The translations under genes and the position numbers were made by a program. Source: Solirubrobacteraceae bacterium (GTDB lineage: Bacteria > Actinomycetota > Thermoleophilia > Solirubrobacterales > Solirubrobacteraceae). Taken from it: DNA of 64,000 nt. Of this stretch, positions 48,461 to 57,749 are shown one piece after another; positions within the stretch are counted from its first letter, which is position 1; every line of letters starts with the position of its first letter. The notes under the pieces were generated by a model, which saw only the letters and a program-made list of their open reading frames with translations, made no database searches and was not told where the DNA came from. The stretch spans positions 4,529-68,528 of the forward strand of contig DATAWT010000042.1 in assembly GCA_036267075.1 (NCBI GenBank), in the 5' to 3' direction.

Positions 48461-48856
48461 GTGGCTGATTCCACGGCCGGCTGCGACGGTCGAGGAATCA
48501 GCCATCAAGGCGCGCGTGCTGCGGCCGTCCGGTCGTGGTCCTCCTCGAGCGCGGCTCCCGCGCGATCAACGCACCGGTCGCCTGCGGGCGCTTGCCCAAC
48601 AGGAGATCTCGGCACTATCAAAGGCGCCTGGCTACCGGCAGTTGAACCTGGGGCCGACACCGTCGACGGCTTCGTCGCGCTCGACTGGCGCTTCGATGTC
48701 GATCAGGACGGCGTTCTGCTTGAGAAGGACGACGTGTTCTTTGTGGACCGTCATACCGACGAGGGCGTGGCGGTACTCGCGCAGGCGCCTGCCGATATGT
48801 ATCCGAACGTCAGCAGAGCGTTCGCGGCCCTGCGCCAGACGCTCGTCATGAACTGA
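48461..48856 (+). CDS. Hypothetical protein (weak call)
   Basis: The C-terminal ~80 codons have high GC3 and a plausible sequence (DTVDGFVALDWRFDVDQDGVLLEKDDVFFVDRHTDEGVAVLAQ...). The only in-frame start is the GTG at 48461, inside the inverted repeat. The N-terminal third looks non-coding. Confidence 0.3.
   Translation: MADSTAGCDGRGISHQGARAAAVRSWSSSSAAPARSTHRSPAGACPTGDLGTIKGAWLPAVEPGADTVDGFVALDWRFDVDQDGVLLEKDDVFFVDRHTDEGVAVLAQAPADMYPNVSRAFAALRQTLVMN
48462..48504. repeat. Perfect 11-bp inverted repeat with a 21-nt spacer
   Basis: tggctgattcc (48462-48472) pairs with ggaatcagcca (48494-48504). The spacer contains a cggccg palindrome. Confidence 0.7.
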
Positions 48857-48913
48857 ATCCGACCTGCTCGCGCACGCCGGCCCGATCTCGTTCCCCTCTG
48901 CGATGCTGGCGCC

Positions 48914-49498
48914 ATGGCGATGCGCCTTGCGATCCTCGCCTCGGGCGCGGGGACGACGGCCCAGGCCGTGATCGACGCCTGCGCCGACGGGCGGATCGAC
49001 GGGTCGGTCGCGCTGGTCGTCAGCAACAACGCCGACGCGCCCGTGCTTGAGCGCGCGCGCTCCGCCGGCGTCGCCTGGCGGCACATCTCGGCGCGCACGG
49101 AGGGGGGCGAGGAGGCGGTCGATGGCGCGCTGCTTGAGGCGGCTTCTGAATCCCGGGCGACGCATGTCCTGCTCGCCGGCTACATGAAGCGCGTCGGCCC
49201 GGCGTTCCTCGCGGCCTTCGACGGACGCATCTACAACACCCATCCCGCGCTGCTGCCCGTGTTCGGCGGCGCGGGGATGTACGGCGATCGCGTCCATGCC
49301 GCGGTGCTCGCATCGGGGTCCACGCGCAGCGGCGCGACCGTGCATCTCGTCACCGAGGATTACGACGGCGGGCCGATCGTCGGCTCCGTGGAGGTGGTGG
49401 TCCTGCCTGGCGACGACGTCGCCTCGCTCGGCGAGCGCGTCCGGGCGGCCGAGCGCGAGCTCGTCGTGGACGTTTTGGCAGCCGCGGCACGCGCCTAG
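48914..49498 (+). CDS. purN: Phosphoribosylglycinamide formyltransferase
   Basis: RLAILASGAGT...LAGYM...NTHPALLP.F.G...H...SGATVHLVTEDYDGGPI. Confidence 0.9.
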   Translation: MAMRLAILASGAGTTAQAVIDACADGRIDGSVALVVSNNADAPVLERARSAGVAWRHISARTEGGEEAVDGALLEAASESRATHVLLAGYMKRVGPAFLAAFDGRIYNTHPALLPVFGGAGMYGDRVHAAVLASGSTRSGATVHLVTEDYDGGPIVGSVEVVVLPGDDVASLGERVRAAERELVVDVLAAAARA

Positions 49499-49566
49499 CG
49501 CGGCGGCTGGCCGCCTCTCGTAACCGCGCTCATGCGCCGGGCGCGAGCTGCCGACGCTTGGCTTGA

Positions 49567-50961
49567 GTGCTCGACAAGGCCATCGCACGCAGGCGACGGC
49601 ACAAACCGGCGGCCGTGCACGGCTCGCTGCCGGTCTATCGCGGCCGCTTTGGCAGCGCGCAGGCGGAGCGCCTGCTGTGGCGCGCCGGCTTTGGCCCGCG
49701 CCCGGGCGACTGCGCCAAGGTGGCCGCGCTCGGGATGCGCCGCGCCGTGCTGTCGCTGACGCGTCCCGCAAGCCATGCCCTCGCCGGGCCGGCGCCGCAC
49801 ATCGAGAAGGGCCAGCCGCTCGCCCCCTACGACGTCTGGGGCAACGACGTCCTGTGGTGGCTCGACCGGATGGTCCGCTCGCGCGCCCAGCTGATCGAGC
49901 GGATGACGCTGACCTGGCACGACTGGTTTGCGACCTCCAACGAGGGCGTCAACTCGCAGCGGATGATGATCAACCAGAACCGCAGCCAGCGGCGGCTGTG
50001 CCTGTCGACGTTCCCGCGGATGCTGACCGCGATGACGACCGATCCGGCGATGCAGGTCTGGCTGTCGCTGTCGGGCTCGACCAAGCAGGCGCCGAATGAG
50101 AACTATGCGCGCGAGATGCAGGAGCTCTTCTCGCTCGGCGTCGGCAACGGCTACACCGAGGAGGACGTCCGCCAGCACTCGCGCGCGCTGACCGGTTGGA
50201 CGAACACCTGGAACCAGGCGACCGGCGAGCCGCAGGACTTCCACTTCGAGGCGGCGCTGCACGACGACGGCGTCAAGACGATCTACCACCACACCGGCCG
50301 CTTCGGCTGGCGCGACAGCCTGCGCCTGCTCGTCCACCACCCCGACCACCCGGCGTTCTTCGTCTCAAAGCTCTGGTCCTACTTCTGCCCCGCGCCGCTG
50401 CCCGCAGCCGACGCGAAGACGGCCGCGCAGCTGTATGTCGCCTCGGGACGCCAGATCCGCCCGCTCGTCGAGGCGATGCTGATGCACCCGCAGTTCTACG
50501 AGGGACCGCGGATGGTCAAGCCGCCGATCGTCCAGATCGCCGGGATGCTGCGCGCGATCGGGCGCTACATCGACACCGACGCCTGGGCCTGGGAGTCAAG
50601 CCTCGTCGGCCAGATGCCGTTCTACCCGCCGAACGTCGCCGGCTGGGACGCGACGCGCTGGCTGAACACCGACACCTGGCTCGCGCGCTTCAACCTGACC
50701 GCCGAGATGATCAAGCCGCGGCGGGCGGTGCAGGCCGGCAAGGTGAAAGTCAAGGCCGACCCGGCGGCGATGACCAAGCACGCGATCGCCTTCTGGGGGG
50801 ATCCGCTGCTCAGCTCGCCGACGCGCGTAGCCCTGCAGGGCTACGCGCGCGCCGCGATCAACTCCGCGACCGCCGACTGGGAGCGCGAGCAGTACCCGGC
50901 GCTGGCCGTCAACGCGCTGCGGGCCCTCGTCGTCGCAAGCCCCGACTACCACGCCTGCTGA
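49567..50961 (+). CDS. DUF1800-family protein
   Basis: LLWRAGFGP...MTLTWHDWFATS...NENYAREMQELFSLGVGNGYTEEDV...ALTGW are characteristic DUF1800 motifs. Confidence 0.82.
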   Translation: MLDKAIARRRRHKPAAVHGSLPVYRGRFGSAQAERLLWRAGFGPRPGDCAKVAALGMRRAVLSLTRPASHALAGPAPHIEKGQPLAPYDVWGNDVLWWLDRMVRSRAQLIERMTLTWHDWFATSNEGVNSQRMMINQNRSQRRLCLSTFPRMLTAMTTDPAMQVWLSLSGSTKQAPNENYAREMQELFSLGVGNGYTEEDVRQHSRALTGWTNTWNQATGEPQDFHFEAALHDDGVKTIYHHTGRFGWRDSLRLLVHHPDHPAFFVSKLWSYFCPAPLPAADAKTAAQLYVASGRQIRPLVEAMLMHPQFYEGPRMVKPPIVQIAGMLRAIGRYIDTDAWAWESSLVGQMPFYPPNVAGWDATRWLNTDTWLARFNLTAEMIKPRRAVQAGKVKVKADPAAMTKHAIAFWGDPLLSSPTRVALQGYARAAINSATADWEREQYPALAVNALRALVVASPDYHAC

Positions 50962-52367
50962 TGGCCGCGCGCTCCTGCAGCTGTGCCGACTTCACGCGCT
51001 CGGAGCTCTTGCGCCGCGGCGTCGCGCAGGCCGGCGCGGGGCTGCCGGCGATCGAGCCGGGCATGCCCACGCCGGCCGGGACAGGCCTCTCGCGGCGCGG
51101 CTTCCTGCTGCGCTCGGGCGGTCTCGCGCTGTCTGTCTACGGCGCCGGGCGGCTGCTTGACCCGCGCGCCTTCGAGGCCGGCGTCGCCGCCGCGGCGCAG
51201 TCGCCGACGGCAGCCGGGCGGGTGCTCGTCAACGTCTATCTCCAGGGCGGCATCGACTCGATGTCGGTCCTCTATCCGGCGGGCGACCCGCTCTACTCCC
51301 AGTACCGCACGACGCTCGCGCTGGCCGCGGGCGCGGGGCCCGTCTTCACCGAGGATCCGCGCCTCTTCTGGCACCCGATGGCCTCGCCGCTGGCGCAGCT
51401 CCACAGCGAGGGCAAGGTCAGCGTGATGCCGACGGTCGGCTACACCGACCCCAACCAGTCCCACTTCACAAGCCGCCATTACTGGGAGGTGGGGGCGACG
51501 CAGGCCGACCTGATGACGGGCTGGCTCGGGCGCTATCTGGACCTGAACGGGACGCCCGACAACCCGCTTCAGGGGCTCTGTCTCGATGACTCGCTGAGCC
51601 CGGCGCTTGCGACCGCGAAGGTCCCGGTCGCGACGATCGATCTCCCCTCCACCTACTCCGTCTGGGCGCAGGGCGTGTGGGGGCCGCCCGAGACCGTCAT
51701 GTACGACGCCTTCGACTCGCTCGGAAACGTCGGCGTGCGCTCGCGCGACGCGGGGATGATGCAGTCGGGCGAGGCGGCGCTGATGACGAGCACGCTGCGC
51801 CGCCAGCTGCTGCCCTTCCAGCCCGCCGACGGGGCGAGCGCGCCGCCGCTTCCGGCGCTCTACCCGAGCGTCAGCGACGAGTTCCCGGCGCGGATGGCGG
51901 CCGTCGCCCAGCTCCTCGGCGCGGGCCTTCCGATCAGCTGCGTCAGCGTATCGACGGAGTCGGTCTTCGACACCCATGAGAACCAGGCGCCGGCGTTCGA
52001 GCCGGGCCTTCAGGAGGCCGCGCAGACGCTGCTCGCCTTCCAGCGCGACCTCGAGGCGCGCGGCCTCGACGACCGCGTTCTGACCCTCGTGTGGTCTGAG
52101 TTCGGGCGCCGGCCGCTGCAGAACGCCTCCTCCGGCACCGACCACGGCGCCGCGGGCTGCGCCTTCCTGATCGGCACGCACGCGGCGGGCACGATGATCG
52201 GCGAATGGCCGGGTCTCGCGAGCGGCCTTGACCCGCTCGGCAACCTCGTCGAGACGGCCGACTTCCGCGTCGTCTACGCCTCGCTGCTCGAGCAGTGGCT
52301 CGGCCAGGCGGCGGCGCCGATCATCCCCGGCGCCGCTTCGATGGCCCGCGCCACGGTCGTGAAGTGA
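50961..52367 (+). CDS. DUF1501-family protein (sulfatase/phosphatase-like fold) with a twin-arginine signal
   Basis: The ATG at 50961 overlaps the DUF1800 stop. Tat motif LSRRGFLLRSGGLALS, then VYLQGGIDSMS...NQSHF.S...WSEFGRRP..N...GTDHG. Confidence 0.82.
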   Translation: MAARSCSCADFTRSELLRRGVAQAGAGLPAIEPGMPTPAGTGLSRRGFLLRSGGLALSVYGAGRLLDPRAFEAGVAAAAQSPTAAGRVLVNVYLQGGIDSMSVLYPAGDPLYSQYRTTLALAAGAGPVFTEDPRLFWHPMASPLAQLHSEGKVSVMPTVGYTDPNQSHFTSRHYWEVGATQADLMTGWLGRYLDLNGTPDNPLQGLCLDDSLSPALATAKVPVATIDLPSTYSVWAQGVWGPPETVMYDAFDSLGNVGVRSRDAGMMQSGEAALMTSTLRRQLLPFQPADGASAPPLPALYPSVSDEFPARMAAVAQLLGAGLPISCVSVSTESVFDTHENQAPAFEPGLQEAAQTLLAFQRDLEARGLDDRVLTLVWSEFGRRPLQNASSGTDHGAAGCAFLIGTHAAGTMIGEWPGLASGLDPLGNLVETADFRVVYASLLEQWLGQAAAPIIPGAASMARATVVK

Positions 52368-52771
52368 GGCGCGCGCTGCTCGGCTTGGCCGCCGCCTGCG
52401 CGGCCGGGCTCGGCGTCGCCGCGGGCGGCGCGCTCGCCCCCGGGGCCTCGGCGGCCGGCTCGGCCCGCGCCGCTTCGCCGACCGCCGCAAGCCACATCCA
52501 GGTCACGACCGTCGAGTACCGGCTGCTGCTCTCGCGCGCCGTCGTCCACGCCGGGCCGGTCGACCTCGAGGAGATCGACGCGGGGATGGATCCCCACGAC
52601 CTCGACCTGCGCTACGGGCACTCGCCGACCGTCATCCCCGAGCCGCAGCTGCTGCCGGGCCAGCGCTACGACGGCGTTGTCGACCTGCGTCCCGGCGTCT
52701 ACCACCTCTGGTGCTCGCTGCCCGGACACTGGAAGCTCGGCATGCACGCGATCCTCCGCGTCGTTCGCTGA
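52364..52771 (+). CDS. Cupredoxin-like (type-1 copper) secreted protein
   Basis: The GTG start overlaps the DUF1501 stop (GTGA). Signal VRRALLGLAAACAAGLGVAAG, and the C-terminal ligand pattern HLWCSLPGHWKLGMHA (C-x4-H-x4-M). Confidence 0.7.
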   Translation: MRRALLGLAAACAAGLGVAAGGALAPGASAAGSARAASPTAASHIQVTTVEYRLLLSRAVVHAGPVDLEEIDAGMDPHDLDLRYGHSPTVIPEPQLLPGQRYDGVVDLRPGVYHLWCSLPGHWKLGMHAILRVVR

Positions 52772-52808
52772 GGCGGACGTCGCCGCGAGGCGCTAGCTTG
52801 GGCGCAGC

Positions 52809-53162
52809 ATGTTCGACACCTTCGGCATCCTGCTGCGCGAGGGGGCGCGCGTGTTCCAGCGCAGCGTCGAGTCCGTCGCGATCCGCCTGCTTGCCCGCAC
52901 CCCGCCGCTGCTCGCGCGCGTGTTCACGCTCGGCGGGGCCGCGCCGCGCGCCGCGCTAGAGGTCGCCTCGAAGGTCGAGGAGGAGGTCGTCGAGACCGTC
53001 GGCAAGGCCGTCGAGGAGGTCGCCGAGGTCGCCGCGCCGCTCGTCGTGGCAAGCGGGCTGCGGCGATTTGCGACACCGCGGCGGCTGGCGACGGCGGTCG
53101 TCGTGCTGGCCGGCGCCGCGGCCGGAGCAGCGCTTTTGAAACGCGGCTTGCGCAGGCGCTAA
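52809..53162 (+). CDS. Hypothetical protein
   Basis: 117-aa ORF with high GC3 and a C-terminal hydrophobic segment (ATAVVVLAGAAAGAALL). I recognise no family. Confidence 0.5.
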   Translation: MFDTFGILLREGARVFQRSVESVAIRLLARTPPLLARVFTLGGAAPRAALEVASKVEEEVVETVGKAVEEVAEVAAPLVVASGLRRFATPRRLATAVVVLAGAAAGAALLKRGLRRR

Positions 53163-53212
53163 ATCGCGTCCGGACGCGATTGACAGCGGTTTCGCGCGGG
53201 TATTCATTTGTC

Positions 53213-53425
53213 ATGGCACAGACAGCTTTTGCGCACGTCGAGGCCGCGCCGGCCCTGCGCTGTGAGTACTGCGGCGAGGAGCTCGCGACGTATGAACCGC
53301 TCTGGCAGGAGCTTCACGACGGCACGGTGACGCTTTCCTCGGCGAGCGAGCTCGATGAGCACGGAACGGGCCGGATGTGGCATCCCGCCTGTCTCGGACG
53401 CGCGAGCGTCCATCTCGTCGCCTGA
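53213..53425 (+). CDS. Small CxxC...HxxC protein (putative zinc-ribbon-like); paralog of 32385..32561
   Basis: MAQTAFAHVEAAPALRCEYCGEELATYEPLWQ...RMWHPAC. Start taken at M12 of the track ORF. Confidence 0.55.
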   Translation: MAQTAFAHVEAAPALRCEYCGEELATYEPLWQELHDGTVTLSSASELDEHGTGRMWHPACLGRASVHLVA

Positions 53426-53462
53426 CGCCGCTTTCGAGGTCTCCCGCGTTTGCGCGGCGGCT

Positions 53463-54578
53463 CTACGGCGTGTTCGCGTCGGGGCGCGGCCAGTCATGCG
53501 CGCGCTCCGGAAAGGCGGCGAGCAGGGGGCTCGCCGCCGGAAGCGCCTGCGCGCGGCGCACGTAGGTCTCATCCAGCTCGGCCACGCTCTTCACGCCGAG
53601 CAGCGCCATCGCGACACTGATCTCCTCCTCGAGGATCTCGAGCACGCGCACGAGCGCGACCTCGCCGCCCGCCGCGAGGGCCAGCGCCTCGAGACGCCCG
53701 ACGGCGACCGCGGTCGCCCCGAGGGCGATCGCCTTGAGCACGTCGGTGCCGCGCAGGAAGCCGCCGTCGACGACGATCTCGGCGCGCCCCCCGACGGCGT
53801 CGACGACCTCGCGCAGCGACTCGATCGTCGCGTCGCCGTGGTCGAGGTCGCGTCCGCCGTGGTTTGACACCCAGACGACCTCGAAGCCGCGGTCGACGGC
53901 GATCTCGGCGTCGCGGCCGCTCTGCACGCCCTTGACGATCGCCGGCACGCCCGACTGCTCGCGCATCGCCTCGAGGCGATCCCATGTCAGCCGCGCCTGC
54001 CAGACGATCCCCGGTTCCGGCAGTCCGTCGCGGTGCGTCGGCGGGCGCCACCCCGTTTGCAGCTGGCGCTCGCGGCGGCCGTAGTGCGCCGAGTCGACGG
54101 TCAGCGCGATCGCGGCGTAGCCGCTGGCGACGACGCGTCCGATCAGCTCCTCGCACCACTCGGGGTCGCCGCGGATGTAGAGCTGGCTGATCAGCGGGGC
54201 GGCCGTCGCGGCGGCGACCTCCTCGAAGCTCGGTTCGGTGACGGAGCTGATCACGGCCAGCGTGCCGAAGCGCTCAGCCGCGCGGGCGGTCGCGATCCCG
54301 CCGTCGGGCGTGATCGCCTCGAGCGCGCCGATCGGCGCCAGCACGACGGGGATCCTCAACCGATGTCCGAGCAGCGAGGTCGACGGATCTACGACCGAGA
54401 CGTCGCGCCCGACGCGCGGGCGAAGGACCAGCGAATCGATGCCGAGACGGTTGCGCCGGGCCGTCGTTTCTGACTCCGCGGCGCCTGCGATGTAGTCCCA
54501 GACATCGTCGGCGAGGTTCGCCCGGGCGGCGTCGATGATCGCGTGGGTCGTCGCTGTTGAGCCGAAATCGTGCGGCAC
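53463..54578 (-). CDS. FMN-dependent alpha-hydroxy acid dehydrogenase/oxidase (LldD/glycolate oxidase family)
   Basis: PVVLAPIG...LTVDS...GRRERQ...IVKGV...VWVSNHGGRDLD...VVDGGFLRGTDVLKAIALGA. Confidence 0.87.
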   Translation of the reverse strand: MPHDFGSTATTHAIIDAARANLADDVWDYIAGAAESETTARRNRLGIDSLVLRPRVGRDVSVVDPSTSLLGHRLRIPVVLAPIGALEAITPDGGIATARAAERFGTLAVISSVTEPSFEEVAAATAAPLISQLYIRGDPEWCEELIGRVVASGYAAIALTVDSAHYGRRERQLQTGWRPPTHRDGLPEPGIVWQARLTWDRLEAMREQSGVPAIVKGVQSGRDAEIAVDRGFEVVWVSNHGGRDLDHGDATIESLREVVDAVGGRAEIVVDGGFLRGTDVLKAIALGATAVAVGRLEALALAAGGEVALVRVLEILEEEISVAMALLGVKSVAELDETYVRRAQALPAASPLLAAFPERAHDWPRPDANTP

Positions 54579-54671
54579 TCACGCGATCGTAGCCCGCGTG
54601 GATAACATGCGCCCGCGATGCAGACGCCGCCGCGCTCGCGGCGGCTGTTCAGCGAAAGGAAGTGGATCGCC

Positions 54672-55469
54672 ATGGCCATACCGGCCAGCCATCCGACGCT
54701 CGACTACACCGTCACCGATCGCGTCGCCCACGCTACGTTCACGCGCGAGGATCAGCACAACACGCTGTCCGAGCAGTCGCTGGACGACCTCAACGCGGTC
54801 GTCGCCCGCGTCCAGCAGGACAGCGATCTGCGCGCGCTCGTCGTCCGCGGCAGCGGCGAGTACTTCTCGGCCGGACTTGACCAGGAGCTGCTCGCGACGG
54901 CCTTCGCGGACTTCGAGTACTACGAGCACGCGCTGACGCGCGTGGCGGCGACGTGCTTTTCGCTGGAGGCCCTCGAGGTGCCGGTCGTCGCCGCCGTCAA
55001 CGGCGTCGCCAGCGAGGTCGGGTTCGAGCTGGCGCTGGCCTGTGACTTCATCGTCATGGCCGACGAGGCGAAGATCGGCGACGGTCGCGGCGAGCACGGG
55101 CGCGTCCCCGGCGGGGGCGCGACGGTTCGCCTTCCGCGCGCGGTCGGGATCCAGCACGCCCGCGAGCTGCTCTATTCGGCGCGCCTTGTGGGCGGCGCGG
55201 AGGCCGCCGAGATCGGCCTCGCGCTGCGCAGCGTCCCGCTCGAGCAGCTCGACGGCGCCGTCGCCGAGCTGACCGCGCAGTTCGCCGACAAGTCGCGCGG
55301 CGCACTCGCCGCGATCAAGCGCCAGCTCAACGGCGGCCTGGGGCTCGACACACCGAGCGGCGTCGAGCATGAGCGCAGCGAGTTCCTCAAGTACCTGCGC
55401 GAGCCGGGGTCCGACGCGCTGGAAGGATTCCGCGCAATCCAGGAGGACCGTCGCCCCAACTGGGCCTGA
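54672..55469 (+). CDS. Enoyl-CoA hydratase/isomerase (crotonase) family protein
   Basis: FTREDQHNTLS...LVVRGSGEYFSAGLD...VVAAVNGVASEVGFELALACDF. Start at M19 (MAIPASH). Confidence 0.83.
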   Translation: MAIPASHPTLDYTVTDRVAHATFTREDQHNTLSEQSLDDLNAVVARVQQDSDLRALVVRGSGEYFSAGLDQELLATAFADFEYYEHALTRVAATCFSLEALEVPVVAAVNGVASEVGFELALACDFIVMADEAKIGDGRGEHGRVPGGGATVRLPRAVGIQHARELLYSARLVGGAEAAEIGLALRSVPLEQLDGAVAELTAQFADKSRGALAAIKRQLNGGLGLDTPSGVEHERSEFLKYLREPGSDALEGFRAIQEDRRPNWA

Positions 55470-55476
55470 GCTGTCG

Positions 55477-55896
55477 ATGAAGGTGACGATGCTCCTCGCC
55501 GACCACGCCCAGGCGACGGAGGGCAAGCTCAACATCATCGGCGGCGGCTGGAACGTGACCGGGCCCGAGCCTGGCCCGTTCGCGATCGCGATCCTCTTCG
55601 AGGTTCCCTGGGACCGCGCCAACGAGGAGCACCGCTTCCTGCTCGAGCTCGTCGATCAGGACGGCGCCCCCGTGCTCGCCGACACCGTCGACGGCGAGGC
55701 GCCGCTGACGATCGAGGGTCAGTTCGAGGTCGGGCGGCCGCCGGGTCTGAAGCCCGGTACCTCGCTCGCCTTCCCGCTGGCGATGAACATGGGGCCGCAG
55801 CCGCTCCCGCCGGGCGGACGCTACGAATGGCGCCTGACGGTCGACGGGGAGAGCCACGAGGACTGGCGGCTCGTCTTCTCGACGCGAGCCGAGTAG
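55477..55896 (+). CDS. Hypothetical protein
   Basis: Starts MKVTMLLADHAQATEGKLNIIGGGWN. 139 aa with high GC3, tightly packed between its neighbours. Confidence 0.6.
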   Translation: MKVTMLLADHAQATEGKLNIIGGGWNVTGPEPGPFAIAILFEVPWDRANEEHRFLLELVDQDGAPVLADTVDGEAPLTIEGQFEVGRPPGLKPGTSLAFPLAMNMGPQPLPPGGRYEWRLTVDGESHEDWRLVFSTRAE

Positions 55897-56775
55897 TTGG
55901 AGGTCGCCTTCGCGGCGTCCGCGGTGGAGCTCGAGGAGCTCGCGCGGACGCTGCTCGAGGAGCGCCTCGAGCACAACGTGATCGCGACGGTGCTCGCCGC
56001 GGTGGCCGCCCACGGCGGGCACTTCCCGGGCGCCCTGTTCGCCTCGGTGACCGAGGACGGCACGGTCATCGCCGCGGCGCTTCGCACGCCGCCCCGTCAA
56101 CTGCTCGCGACGGCGATGGACCAGGCGGTCGCCGCGACGCTGATGGAGGCCTGGCTCGAGCGCGACCCCGCGCCGCCGGGGGTCGCAGCGCCCCAGCCCG
56201 CGGCGGGCTTCATCGCCGCGGCCTTCGCGCGGTCCTCGGGTGTCTCCGCCGCGCTTCATCGCGAGATGGCCGCCCACCGCCTCGAACGCGTGATCGCGCC
56301 GGCGCGCCCGGCGAGCGGGCGCCTGCGGGCGGCCGAGGCATCGGAGCGGGCCCTCCTGATCGAATGGACCGAGGCCTTCGGCCGCGACACCGGCATGTAC
56401 GCGGGCGACGCCGAGCAGACCGTCGAGCGCTCGCTCGAGCGCGGCCTGCGCTTCATCTGGGAGGACGGCGGCGAGGCGGTCTCGATGGTCGGCATCAGCC
56501 CTCCGGTGGCCGGGGTCGTCCGGATCGGACCGGTCTACACGCCAGGCTCACAACGCGGGAGCGGCTATGCCTCAAGCGCCGTGGCGGCCGTCAGCCTGGA
56601 CGCGCTCGAGCGCGGCGCGCGCGCCTGCATGCTCTTCACCGACCTCGCCAACCCGACCTCGAACAAGATCTATGCCGCGCTCGGGTACGAGCGTTTCGGC
56701 GACTGGGCCGAGTACGGCTTCTCAGGCGGCGGCGGTGTCGATCACGACGCGGCCGCGCAGCCGCCCGGCCAGTAG
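55897..56775 (+). CDS. GNAT-family N-acetyltransferase (two-domain)
   Basis: TTG start. The C-terminal GNAT core is VYTPGSQRGSGYASSAV...NPTSNKIYAALGYE. Confidence 0.72.
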   Translation: MEVAFAASAVELEELARTLLEERLEHNVIATVLAAVAAHGGHFPGALFASVTEDGTVIAAALRTPPRQLLATAMDQAVAATLMEAWLERDPAPPGVAAPQPAAGFIAAAFARSSGVSAALHREMAAHRLERVIAPARPASGRLRAAEASERALLIEWTEAFGRDTGMYAGDAEQTVERSLERGLRFIWEDGGEAVSMVGISPPVAGVVRIGPVYTPGSQRGSGYASSAVAAVSLDALERGARACMLFTDLANPTSNKIYAALGYERFGDWAEYGFSGGGGVDHDAAAQPPGQ

Positions 56776-57705
56776 GTCGGCGGCGAGCCCGGGTACGCGC
56801 GCGAGCGGCTCGACGCGCGAGAGCTCGCGAAGCGTCTTGAGCGGGAGGTCGCGCTCGAGGCGCGCCCAGGCTGCGCGGCGGTCGTCGATCGGGCACTGGA
56901 CGGAGTCGACTCCGAGCAGGCTCACGTTTCGAAGGATGAAGGGGATCACGCTCGCTGGCAGGTCGGCGCCGCCGGCCAGTCCGCAGGCGGCCACCGCGCC
57001 GCGGTAGCGCGTCGCGGCAAGGACGTTCGCGAGCGTCTGGCTTCCGACGGTGTCAACGGCGCCGCTCCAGCGCTCGCTCTCAAGCGGGCGCCCCGGCTCG
57101 TCGAGCTCGCTGCGGGCGACGATCGTGCGGGCGCCGAGGCCGCGCAGCCAGTCACCGAGCTCCGCGCGCCCCGTCGACGCCGCGACGCTGTGCCCGAGGC
57201 CGGCGAGCAGTGCGACGGCGATGCTGCCGACGCCACCGCTGGCGCCGGTGACCAGGACCTCGTGCTCCGGCGAGGGCTCCACGCCGGCGCGCTCGAGCGC
57301 GAGCACGCAGAGCATCGCCGTCAGGCCGGCCGTGCCGATCGCCATGCAGTCGGCGGCGCTGAAGGAGGCAGGGCGCCGCACGAGCCACTCCGAGCGCAGG
57401 CGCTGGAGCTGGGTGTAGCCGCCGGGGTGGGTCTCAGAGAGCCCAAAGCCGGTGACGATCACCTCCTCGCCGGGCGGCCAGTCGGGCGAGTCGGACTCCT
57501 CGATTCGTCCGGCGAGGTCGATTCCGCAGACCATCGGGAAGCGGCGGACGATCGGCGCGCCGGAGGCGCAGACGGCCATCGCGTCCTTGTAGTTCAGCGA
57601 GGAGTGCGAAACGGCGACGGTCACGTCGCCCTCCGGCAAGTCCTCCGGCGAAACGTCCCGCAGTGACGCGGGAACGCCCTTTTCAGTGGCCACGATCGCC
57701 TGCAT
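56722..57705 (-). CDS. NADPH:quinone oxidoreductase, YhdH/AcuI (acrylyl-CoA reductase-like) MDR subfamily
   Basis: VAVSHSSLNYKDA...GIDLAG...VLVTGASGGVGS...ACGLAGG. Its 3' end overlaps the GNAT 3' end by 54 nt. Confidence 0.85.
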   Translation of the reverse strand: MQAIVATEKGVPASLRDVSPEDLPEGDVTVAVSHSSLNYKDAMAVCASGAPIVRRFPMVCGIDLAGRIEESDSPDWPPGEEVIVTGFGLSETHPGGYTQLQRLRSEWLVRRPASFSAADCMAIGTAGLTAMLCVLALERAGVEPSPEHEVLVTGASGGVGSIAVALLAGLGHSVAASTGRAELGDWLRGLGARTIVARSELDEPGRPLESERWSGAVDTVGSQTLANVLAATRYRGAVAACGLAGGADLPASVIPFILRNVSLLGVDSVQCPIDDRRAAWARLERDLPLKTLRELSRVEPLARVPGLAADLLAGRLRGRVVIDTAAA

Positions 57706-57749
57706 GTCGCCACCCTACCCTCCGCTTTTGAGGTGTATGGTGAATTCAG

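Noticed and set aside
48560-48913. A possible purine, ZTP or THF-type riboswitch upstream of purN. A GACUGGCG-like string occurs near 48680.
   Set aside because: I could not find the matching 3' CCGCCUGGGC-type element or the expected pairing. The match is a single short motif inside sequence that has coding-like GC3. This needs a covariance-model scan to exclude formally.
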